A stretch of 59,940 nt of DNA, taken from the IMG/VR virus record IMGVR_UViG_3300021962_000114, positions 1 through 59,940 of that record; one strand, given 5' to 3'. This DNA comes from a virus (Duplodnaviria > Caudoviricetes). This document shows positions 10,155 to 19,300 of the stretch, piece after piece. Numbering within the stretch: position 1 is the first letter of the stretch; each line of letters opens with the position of its first letter. The notes beneath the pieces were generated by a model that saw only the letters and a list, made by a program, of their open reading frames with translations, was not told the DNA's origin and did not search any database. The translations under genes were made by a program, and so were the position numbers.

Positions 10155-10178
10155 AAATTACTGCCTATCATATAAGTA

Positions 10179-11801
10179 TCATAAAAGCCATTTTAATGAT
10201 TCTTTTTTACCTGTTATTGGTCCAGCACCGGTGGTAACTGCACCTGTATCAAACTGCCAAGTCTCTTGAGGAGATTGTACAACTTTGGTTTGATTTGCTG
10301 GACCTGGTGTGTTGTTTATTACCTTTTTGATGCCTCCCAACATCATTTTTGTATAAACCATTTGCTCGGTACGAATCTTTAATGCAGTATCACGCACCCA
10401 CAAACCAATACCCAACGACATAACCAAATCGTCATTGTAACCTTTCATGGCTTCAGCCTTGGCTCCGTTCCAAATAAATACCATCAGTTCTTCGTACAAA
10501 CGAATACTGTGAATTATAATTTGACGCTCACGGAAAAAGCTTTCCATCTTATTGATAATCAACTGACGATTTACGTTGGTTGTGGTAAATCCTGGCGTAG
10601 CTTTCTTTTCAGCACTGTTGATTTTGTTGCTGTAGGTGCGCTCAATGTCTACCACCTTCAAATCCGATGAGCTATAATACAAGTTTGGATAATTTCTATC
10701 AATAACTTGCTGCAACGATGCCCAACCAATGTTGTTGTTTTCGATTACCAACAACGCATTGTTGTATTCTGTAGCAACTGTGACCAACAAATTACCATAG
10801 TCTTTGGTTGTAATTTGACCTTTGTATTCAGCCACTTGTTCCAGCGTTTCCACATCAAACACATGAAATGCACTATAGTCGGCACCATCTCCACGGGCAC
10901 AGTCAGCCACCACCATATAGTTTTTGCTATAGTCTGGTCGCTGCCAAATCCACAAATCTTGAGCAGCACCACGCTTTTCAATAGGATCTGTGATATGAGT
11001 CTTTTTGTAGAACTCCAATACATCCACTGCCACAACTTGATTACCAGACGTGCTAAAGTCGCAATCACATTCTTGTGCAGCACCCTTGATACCCGACAAT
11101 TCAGTTTGTTTGTCACGCCATGCTTGATCACGCTCGGGATGCAAATACCAAGGCAAACTGATAGTATTGAACTTATTCTCCTTGGCTTCTGCTGCTACCC
11201 ACGTTTTGTGAAAAAAGTTACCAACGCCATTTGGAGTTGATAGAACTGTGGCACGACCACCAGTTGATAGCGTGTATTGTGCCGACAACCAGATTTCTTC
11301 GATGTTGTCGATGAACGCAGCTTCGTCAATCACCAACAAAGACAAAGCGGCAGAACGACCAGCAGTACCAGCACTGGACACTGCTTTGATTTGAGATCCG
11401 TTTTTCAAACGCAAACTCAAACGATTGTCTTCAACACACTGAACCTTGAGCCATGCTGGAAGGTTGTCGTTGGCAAAGCGAACTTTGGTAACGATTTCTT
11501 TTGCAGTCTCTTGTGTAATACTGATACACAGAATGTTTTTGTCGTTGAAGAATGTCATCAACCACAAGCTATATGCCGACACCAGAGTAGAAATACCCAT
11601 CTGACGGCTCTTGAGGATGATGTTGAGATCAAACGTGACCAGATCCTTCAAGGCTTTTTCTTGAAATGGATACAGATCAAAGTTGCAAGTACCACGTATA
11701 GGATGTTGAATCTTCACATACTTCTTCATGAAGTATATGGGATCTTCAATACACTTCTTATACTCTTGCTTTATTAGATCTCTGTAGTTTTGCTGACTCA
11801 T
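10179..11801 (-). CDS. gp17: Terminase large subunit, T4 gp17-like
   Basis: LYPFQ (Q motif), KSRQMGIST (Walker A), LVIDEAAF (Walker B), STPNG, nuclease ADCARG...DYSA and NDDLVMS; start revised to 11801 (MSQQNY). Confidence 0.95.
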   Translation of the reverse strand: MSQQNYRDLIKQEYKKCIEDPIYFMKKYVKIQHPIRGTCNFDLYPFQEKALKDLVTFDLNIILKSRQMGISTLVSAYSLWLMTFFNDKNILCISITQETAKEIVTKVRFANDNLPAWLKVQCVEDNRLSLRLKNGSQIKAVSSAGTAGRSAALSLLVIDEAAFIDNIEEIWLSAQYTLSTGGRATVLSTPNGVGNFFHKTWVAAEAKENKFNTISLPWYLHPERDQAWRDKQTELSGIKGAAQECDCDFSTSGNQVVAVDVLEFYKKTHITDPIEKRGAAQDLWIWQRPDYSKNYMVVADCARGDGADYSAFHVFDVETLEQVAEYKGQITTKDYGNLLVTVATEYNNALLVIENNNIGWASLQQVIDRNYPNLYYSSSDLKVVDIERTYSNKINSAEKKATPGFTTTNVNRQLIINKMESFFRERQIIIHSIRLYEELMVFIWNGAKAEAMKGYNDDLVMSLGIGLWVRDTALKIRTEQMVYTKMMLGGIKKVINNTPGPANQTKVVQSPQETWQFDTGAVTTGAGPITGKKESLKWLL

Positions 11802-12405
11802 ACTTTTGTTCCAACTCTTTGATGAAACCGTCAATCTCAGCCAAACGTGCGTTGATGATTTCCAAATCTTTGGTTACATCCTCACGAATTTTGCCCACAT
11901 CTGCGCCTGTTTCCCACTTTTCAATGCTACCGTCTTCGTTGATAAACTCAAGAGGCTTGCCTTCGTGGTCTTGACACCATTTCAGTGTTTCATCAAACTT
12001 CTTTTTGTATTCCTTCAAAACACTGCTTTCGTTGCGCAAATCACGGGCTTGATCAAAATATTCCCAAGTACCGTCTAGTTTCATATCCGTTTCATTCTTG
12101 GTGAAACAGTCATAGCACAATTGTGTCTTTGGCCAAACACGATCATCCAAATAGTTGCCCCAGCGCACGTCCATGTTGCATTGCTTGCAACGCTGTTCAA
12201 TAACAAACGTTGCCTTTTTTGGAACTCTGCGCTTGGCACCATTCTTCCAGATCCACTTCTTACCTTGACTATCCTCCCACTGTTCTCCTTCTTTGCGTTT
12301 AGAGTTGTTGAGGTCGTCGGTATAACCAACTTGAACGAATGGACGTTCACCATTTACATAATCCCGAATGATGTCGAGATTGCTTTTGCCTTGTGCTTTT
12401 TTCAT
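11758..12405 (-). CDS. Hypothetical zinc-finger protein upstream of terminase
   Basis: CKQC...CYDC pair; RKEGEQWED..GKKWIWKNG motif; overlaps the terL start. Confidence 0.7.
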   Translation of the reverse strand: MKKAQGKSNLDIIRDYVNGERPFVQVGYTDDLNNSKRKEGEQWEDSQGKKWIWKNGAKRRVPKKATFVIEQRCKQCNMDVRWGNYLDDRVWPKTQLCYDCFTKNETDMKLDGTWEYFDQARDLRNESSVLKEYKKKFDETLKWCQDHEGKPLEFINEDGSIEKWETGADVGKIREDVTKDLEIINARLAEIDGFIKELEQKYESAKLQRSNKARV

Positions 12406-12423
12406 AACCAATATGTATTTGTT

Positions 12424-13476
12424 TTATTTCCCAAAACTACTTTGTAGTCCTTTTACTATGAAACTTCCAGTAATTTTGAATGGATTACCATAGATACTAG
12501 GATCACGAATCACTATACCTTCGTGTTTCTCTAGATCTCCAATTTCACTGGTTGCGTTCTTTAGAACTTCATCGCCTAGTTTGATTGTGGCAATGTATAC
12601 AATCGTATCGTTGATTACTTTACGAATGTCTTGACCAGCAAAATCTTTTGAAATGTTTTTGCTCTTTTGTGCTTTCAAGAACTCTTCTCGGGTGATCAGT
12701 GGTGTTTCAATCTTGACATTTTTCAACCAATCTTTCAAAGATGCTGTAACTGCTTCGCCATTTGGATACAACGTAATCTTTTCTCCAAGTGGGCGAGTAA
12801 GATTAGGATTGCTCTTGAATGCAGTACCTACACTACCCAACACCTTGAACCCTTGCTTTTGAGCCACTACATTAAGCTTGTCGATGTAGCTTTGCATTGC
12901 TGCTTTGTCATAAGGAATTTCAGTAGCTACACGACTTTTTACTTGACCATCTTTACCAAAGGTTTTTGGCTTGATCTCCTTCAAACCGTGGATTGCCAAA
13001 AAGTTTCCGATATCTCCATAACCAACAACATTGGTTTGTCCTTCAACATATTCAATGTTGAGCAAAATATTTGGATTGTCTAGCAGCCCCAACTTTTTTA
13101 GTTCGGCTTGTGTGCTGGGAATAGCTTCGTCGAAAATATTGATAACCTTAGCACCAATTTTTACAAATCCATGCTCAACTCCAGTGGTTGGATCTGTAGG
13201 CCAGCGGTTTGCCAAATCTTCGGGTCTCATGCCTTGAACGTCGAACGGCTTGGCACTGCCACGATCCATAACAAATTTACCGTTTACCAAACGAATGCTG
13301 GCGTTGACACCATCGATCTTGACACTACCAGCACCCTTTTTGAGAGATTCAATTGATTTGGCAAACACATCAACAAGTTGCTTGCCAGTTTTTGTAAAAT
13401 CAAACGGATGCGCCATGTGTCCGCCAGCACCACCCTCACGCAGCATTTCAGTAAGAAGATTCTGTAATTTGATCAT
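12424..13476 (-). CDS. Putative ATP-dependent ligase-like nucleotidyltransferase (RNA ligase fold)
   Basis: KIDG (motif I), NIEYV, HEGIVIR (motif IV), FKITG (motif V); N-terminal EGGAGGHMAHPFD; start revised to 13476 (MIKLQNLLTE). Confidence 0.55.
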   Translation of the reverse strand: MIKLQNLLTEMLREGGAGGHMAHPFDFTKTGKQLVDVFAKSIESLKKGAGSVKIDGVNASIRLVNGKFVMDRGSAKPFDVQGMRPEDLANRWPTDPTTGVEHGFVKIGAKVINIFDEAIPSTQAELKKLGLLDNPNILLNIEYVEGQTNVVGYGDIGNFLAIHGLKEIKPKTFGKDGQVKSRVATEIPYDKAAMQSYIDKLNVVAQKQGFKVLGSVGTAFKSNPNLTRPLGEKITLYPNGEAVTASLKDWLKNVKIETPLITREEFLKAQKSKNISKDFAGQDIRKVINDTIVYIATIKLGDEVLKNATSEIGDLEKHEGIVIRDPSIYGNPFKITGSFIVKGLQSSFGK

Positions 13477-13477
13477 A

Positions 13478-14242
13478 TTAGTCAATAAATGTTTTTTCAA
13501 ATGTGGATACACCCTTCAAATATGAACGCTGTGTTTCATCAAGTGCATCATCAGTAAATTGCCAGTTCCAAAATAGTTGATCTGGAGTTTGAAATCCAAA
13601 AAAGTCAAGAACACTCTTTTGCGTCTGAACTACATGCTTACCATTCCAGTTTTGACCAACCGCAATAAATCCAGCATCAATGTCTTTGACAATGTTGGAC
13701 TCACCCATTGTCGAATGTCTGTTTTCAATCCAAGTCAAACGTTCGATGAGTTTTTGATAATATCCATTAGCTTGGCCCCATCTCACACTCGCAAAAAACA
13801 GCACACAGTCACTTTCAAATAACTCTTTGCTGATCTTCCAAAGTTCGTCGCCTTTTTCATTTACACTTGCCCAGCAACGATGATAACCACTTGGGTTTTG
13901 TTCTTTGTTTTTCAACAATGCTTTTGCCGCACCACAATGATTGCCACCAAATTCTTTGTTGCTGCTCACATTACCTTCACATGGTACAATGTGCAATTTG
14001 GTAGTATCAATCAATGTTACCTTTTCCTTACCAAGTAATTCTTGAATTTTGATAGCAAGTTGACTGCTTTTTGGAACGTCTTCTTTGTGTTGCGACCAAC
14101 GATTGCTTGTGGTCAACAACAACACTTTGTTTTTGCCACGCAGATAGTCGATAGTTTTCTTGTATTTCTTCGCATACAAGTCCATATCTTGCTCACTGAT
14201 GGGTAACTTAGATTCTAACAATAAGTCGGTCAGACTGATCAT
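13478..14242 (-). CDS. Flavodoxin-fold NAD(P)H-dependent FMN reductase / iron-sulfur flavoprotein-like protein
   Basis: VLLLTTSNR, PCEGNVS..C..CW, ESDCVLFFASVRWGQANGYYQKLIERL, AGFIAVGQNW match the WrbA/Isf-type layout. Confidence 0.75.
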   Translation of the reverse strand: MISLTDLLLESKLPISEQDMDLYAKKYKKTIDYLRGKNKVLLLTTSNRWSQHKEDVPKSSQLAIKIQELLGKEKVTLIDTTKLHIVPCEGNVSSNKEFGGNHCGAAKALLKNKEQNPSGYHRCWASVNEKGDELWKISKELFESDCVLFFASVRWGQANGYYQKLIERLTWIENRHSTMGESNIVKDIDAGFIAVGQNWNGKHVVQTQKSVLDFFGFQTPDQLFWNWQFTDDALDETQRSYLKGVSTFEKTFID

Positions 14243-14247
14243 ATACG

Positions 14248-14316
14248 TATAAATAGAGATATATCACATAAATCGTTTATATTTTAGCGGTGGTTACTGA
14301 ATGAGCGATATTTATT
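14248..14316. promoter_or_regulatory. Divergent pair of putative late promoters (- 14248-14255, + 14309-14316)
   Basis: TATTTATA and TATTTATT, each 5 nt before the ATG of the divergent genes. Confidence 0.65.
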
Positions 14317-14321
14317 GAAAT

Positions 14322-16286
14322 ATGAGATTAGTTGGACGCAACAAAAAAGGTCAAAAAATATTGATTACGGTTCCCGATTGGGATCAATACTTGCATGAAC
14401 AAACAACTGTCAATGCAGCCGCAGCACACCAACTAACTATTGCTCAAGCTGTGGGTCTTGGTGGTGGAGATGGCACTGGAAGTGATCCAGGCACAGATCC
14501 TACTCCAACACCAAGTCCTACACCATATGCTAGTTCAACTCCAACACCAAGTGTAACTCCTTCTGTCACAAAAACTCCTAGTGTTACACCTAGCATCAGT
14601 GTGAGCGCAACACCAAGTAGCACAGCAACGCCTAGCGTAACATCTACTCCAAGCAACTCTATAACTCCTAGTGTGTCTGTAACCCCTAGCTTGACAGCAA
14701 CACCTAGCATCAGTGTATCTGTCACACCAAGTTTGACCACAACACCAAGTGAAACGGTAACACCTACTCCGACTGCCACGGAAACTCCTACGCCAACTGC
14801 TACACCTGCTCCTGGATCATGCTATACTTATACACTAGTCAGTTTGCCTTATAATTTCCCAACTGCTGGAAATTCTATTATGAACAATGCGGCAGGAGTT
14901 ACTTCTGGAAGTGTTGATATCAACAATCTTACAACATCTGGTAGAGGATTTTATTTCAACAATATTGATGATGGTGCGGTTGATAGATCTGCTTACTACT
15001 CGACATTTGTTGGTCAAAATGTTACAATTACATTTACTCAAGGTAGTAATACAGCAATATATACTGGTGATACTACATCATTCAAATCATGGACTTCGGG
15101 TGGAACATCTGGATTTGTATTTGGAACAGGTATAGGAGTTCCAGGTGGTAGTGGTCCAAGTGGCACAGCTACATTGGTGCAAGCATCACCATCTGTATTT
15201 ACAATAGGATTGCCAGTTTGTGTAGGTATAGTAGCAACTCCGATCCCAACTCCAACACCAACGGCTACGGTAACACCTAGCATAACTGTTACACCAAGCT
15301 TAACCGCAACACCTAGCTTGACTGCTACTCCAAGCTTGACACCAACTCCAAGTGAAACAGCAACACCTAGCGTAACTCCAAGTGAAACAGCAACTCCTAG
15401 TGTGACTCCAAGTATTAGTGTAAGTGCAACACCTAGCCTAACACCAACACGTACTATAACACCTACACCTAGCTTGACTGCTACGCCTAGTATAACGCCT
15501 AGCTTGACTGCTACTCCGAGCGTAACACCAAGCTTGGCAGCACCAATTAATCCAAACGATCCTTCGTTGCAAATTTGGTTGAACGCAACCAATAGCACAA
15601 ACTACAGCCCAAGCAATCCAACCAATGAAACTTTCCTTGGTAGCTGGATCGACTCTGGATTGAGTAACCCTCACGATGCAAACACAACCGGTAATACTGG
15701 TGTCAAACCAAGATATCGTACCAATATTCAAAACGGTTTGCCAGCAGTATACTTTGACGGTAACAATGATTTGTTTACGGTCAATCCTTGGACTGCATTC
15801 CAAGCTATTCAAAAGTATACTTACTTCATTGTGATGAAGACCAATGCTACTGCAACTGATCAAATTGCTACAATTATGAAAACAAGCAGTGCCGAAGTCA
15901 AAGGCTTGTATTTGGCAAATATTGGCTCGCAATGGCAAATCGGTGGTGCTGGTGGTATTGCAAATGCTCCAGCAACAGTGGATACCAACTTCCACATCTT
16001 TACAACATATTTTGACGGAACTTTGACAGATGCCGACGTGAACGTTCAAAACGCATTGCGATTGAACATGAGAATTGACGGTGCTGCTCAAACATTGACA
16101 TTCTCAGCTAACGTTGGTAGCATAACCAATGCAAGTACCACTTACTTGTATATCGGTACCGATACATCAGGTAACTTTGACTTGGATGGATATATTGGTG
16201 AAATTGTCATCTATAACAAGTTGCTGACACTATCTGAAATTCAAAACGTTGAAGCCTACCTCAAGACCAAGTGGGCAACCCCATAA
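14322..16286 (+). CDS. Mucin-like Thr/Pro/Ser-repeat protein with C-terminal LamG/concanavalin A-like domain, probable virion surface protein
   Basis: Two long TPS[VL]T / TPSxTA repeat tracts; C-terminal LQIWLNA...W.DS...PAVYFDG...LDGYIGEIVIYNKLLT..E...VEAYL..KW pattern. Confidence 0.8.
   Translation: MRLVGRNKKGQKILITVPDWDQYLHEQTTVNAAAAHQLTIAQAVGLGGGDGTGSDPGTDPTPTPSPTPYASSTPTPSVTPSVTKTPSVTPSISVSATPSSTATPSVTSTPSNSITPSVSVTPSLTATPSISVSVTPSLTTTPSETVTPTPTATETPTPTATPAPGSCYTYTLVSLPYNFPTAGNSIMNNAAGVTSGSVDINNLTTSGRGFYFNNIDDGAVDRSAYYSTFVGQNVTITFTQGSNTAIYTGDTTSFKSWTSGGTSGFVFGTGIGVPGGSGPSGTATLVQASPSVFTIGLPVCVGIVATPIPTPTPTATVTPSITVTPSLTATPSLTATPSLTPTPSETATPSVTPSETATPSVTPSISVSATPSLTPTRTITPTPSLTATPSITPSLTATPSVTPSLAAPINPNDPSLQIWLNATNSTNYSPSNPTNETFLGSWIDSGLSNPHDANTTGNTGVKPRYRTNIQNGLPAVYFDGNNDLFTVNPWTAFQAIQKYTYFIVMKTNATATDQIATIMKTSSAEVKGLYLANIGSQWQIGGAGGIANAPATVDTNFHIFTTYFDGTLTDADVNVQNALRLNMRIDGAAQTLTFSANVGSITNASTTYLYIGTDTSGNFDLDGYIGEIVIYNKLLTLSEIQNVEAYLKTKWATP
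14490..14810 (+). repeat. Coding Thr-Pro-Ser repeat tract 1
   Basis: Degenerate 12/18/24-nt units encoding TPSV, TPSLTA, TPSISVSA. Confidence 0.85.
15237..15540 (+). repeat. Coding Thr-Pro-Ser repeat tract 2
   Basis: Repeated TPSLTA / TPSETA / TPSVT units. Confidence 0.85.
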
Positions 16287-16303
16287 AAATGAAACTATAA
16301 AAC

Positions 16304-16332
16304 AAAGCCCCTCCGCAAAGAGGGGCTTTTTT
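16304..16332 (+). terminator. Intrinsic terminator of the 14322..16286 gene
   Basis: AAAGCCCCT-CCGCAAAG-AGGGGCTTTTTT. Confidence 0.85.
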
Positions 16333-16348
16333 GTTGCTGCTTACAAAT

Positions 16349-16376
16349 AAAAAAGAGGGCGATTGCTCGCCCTCTT
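16349..16376 (-). terminator. Intrinsic terminator of the tail sheath gene
   Basis: On the minus strand AAGAGGGCGA-GCAA-TCGCCCTCTTTTTT. Confidence 0.85.
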
Positions 16377-16396
16377 GTTGTTTATGCTAATTCAGA

Positions 16397-19300
16397 TTAA
16401 GCACTGAAACTTGCACCAGTTGGCAAAATGTTGAAGTCCAACATAATGAATTCTGCTGTGCGAGTTGGTTGAATATAGATTTGACCATACAGAATGTTAC
16501 GATCAATCAAGTCTGGAGTGTTGTTCTCAGCATCCATCTTGACTTGGTATGCATAGATACCATTGCGTTGTTGTACGCTTTCAAGATATGGATTGACGAT
16601 TGCCAAGAAGCGGTTGCGAGTTGCTGCAACGTTTTGTTCGAAAACAAGGTAGTTGCTGCTGCTTGCGATAAACTTCTTGAGGTTGATCAACAGACGGCGA
16701 ACATTGACACGATCCAGTGCGCTTGGGTTGATTTGCAGAGTCTTTTGACCCCACACCACAATGCCTTGACCTGGGAATGCTGCGATTGGGTTGACACGGT
16801 TCTCATAAAGAACGTCACGCTCTTGGTGAGTCAAGCGATCCAAGACTTGGACTGCTTGTGGAATACCACCACGATTCAAACCTGCTGGAGCATACCATTC
16901 TGCTGCTGCGTTGTCGTTTGCAGCGTAAACTGCTGGCAACACCACAGAAGGTGGAACTGGAATGATCTTGTTCAAGTTTGTGTCAAGGATCTTGACCCAT
17001 GGATAGTAGGTTGCAACATAGTTGCTGTCGATTGTTGCTACGCTGTTGATTGCAGCGTCAATCAAACCTACGCTTTGGTTGCTTGCTGGGAACACCACGT
17101 TATCCATGATGTAGAAGCAATCGCCACGGGTTTCACACATGGTGATGGTCAAGTTGGTAACATAGCTGTGTTGTTCACAGAAGATACCAGGCAACACGAT
17201 CAAGTTGATATCCCATTCATCGGCGTTGCCGAGGGCTGCGATACATTGCTTGTAAGCGATGCTACCAGGACTCTTGATTGTGGTACAATCCAAACCTTGT
17301 GTGTTACCAGCAGTGATGTCAGATCCAACGTTGATTGGAATTGCTGGCCATTGACCCTCAAATCCACCTTGGAATCCAACCACGAACTTACGCAAACGAA
17401 CATAGATTGGCTCGTTTACTGGATCGTAGATGCTTGGAATACTACCACTCAATTGAGGAGGCAGAATCGAACCAGTGCTTGCTGCTACGCCTTGAGCATA
17501 GTAAGATGCATCTGCGTAGCCCCAGACCTTGGCTTCAAGATCAAAGTCGATGTTGTCACCGTTTTGATCGTTGCCGCCGTAGTATGGAAGTGGCTTGAAC
17601 CAGTTTGCAGTGTCGATTGCAACACCCACACCAAACGACGAGGTTGGGTAGAGGTATGCGAGTTCTTCGCTTGCTTCGGCTGGATCACCAAACACAGTAC
17701 CAGATGGATACTTACCAGGTGCTAGACCATAGATACTTGCCTTGCTGTAGCGAACTGCTGGCAACAAGTTACCAAGAGTTCCATCCACTGGGGTCGAGTA
17801 TGCTTCAAATCCGTAAGGCACTACGCTTACTGGATATGGAAGATCGGTCATTTCAATACGAATATACTTACTCAAGTTGACGTAAGTACCGTATTCTACA
17901 ATCTTACCTGCGAAGGTAATGTATGCGTAGCGATCACCAATACGACGTGCTACGAAGTTTGCGCTATCTGGGTTGAGGTTCAAGTTTTGGAAGATTTCCA
18001 AATACTTTGGACGCTTGTCAGTATCGCTGTATGCACGAACTGCAAGAGTGAAGCTACCCCATTCGCTGCCAGGAACTGTACCAGACAACTTGACGTTGCT
18101 GATTTCGATCTTGTACTTGCGATTTGCCAAGGTACCATCGCTCAAGGTGTGAACCTTGAACAACTTGAACTTGGTTGGGTTTGCAGTTTCGGTTGCACTT
18201 CCCTTGAATGGAGCAATTGCTTGCGAATAGATCCAAGGAGTCTTGGCGTTGGTGATAGCGAATTGTGAATCGCCAGTGTTTGGATCATATGAGTATTGAT
18301 CCACAAACTTCATCGATTCTCCTACGCTGAAACCAGAGCTTGGTGCGGTAGCAACTTGGATTCTCCAACCACCACCTTCATCACCACTGCGAGTCTTTTC
18401 AGCCAAGAAGCGTTTGATGCTGTCTTCAAACAACACATAGTTGTATGCAGCTTCAATCTTTTGACCTTGAACTTGTTTTGCTGGGTTACCAACAGTTGGG
18501 TCCATACCAAACACTTCTTTGATATAGTTATTTGCATTCTCTTCAAGAGAGAAGTCATAGTAACCATAAGTACCAGAAGAGTTGTTTCCGTTTTCATCGG
18601 TGAAGTTGTAACGAAGAGCCAATTGATATTGGTTTTCGTTTGGATTGACTTGACCCTTGTAAGGATATACAGAGCTTGTCAATTGTGCTACAACTGAATC
18701 AACAAATCCATTGACTGTGTAGTTGCTGTCGAATTGGGTAGATGCATTTTGGGTATTTGCCAAAACTGCAAGCACCATATTCTTACGAGAATCTGGATTT
18801 GGGTTACATGGATCAGATCCACCCGAACCAGTTGCAATAAACGATCCATTGAATGGACCATACTTACCACTTACGATACCAATGAAGCGCAATGCTGCTC
18901 CGCAAGTTGCGGCACTACGAACTGTTGCAAAGCTTGCGCTATGCACAACCAAATCACCAGTTGCATCAAATGTATCCTTGTCGTAATCAAGATCAATTTG
19001 ACCTGTGTTTGTACCCGTGTTCAATACCGAAGAACTCAACAACCAATTAGTTTCTGAGCTTTCGTTGATTGCGGTTGAGATTTGAGTTTCCTCAGTGGTT
19101 TGTGTACCTTGTGCGCTTGAGGTCAGATAGAACCAACCAGAAGCATCGTTAGGTAGTGAAACACCACTAAACTTACGAATCAATCTCTTAGGAGTAGATA
19201 CAACACCAAGGCTTACTTGCTTGCCGCCATACAATTGGCTACCACTCAATGAACCAGTTCCGGCATATTTTGCAGGATAGTTACTGGTCAATTTAGCAGC

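Noticed and set aside
14490-15540. Tandem repeats as a possible CRISPR array
   Set aside because: Units are degenerate at third codon positions, in frame and have no unique spacers; they are coding repeats
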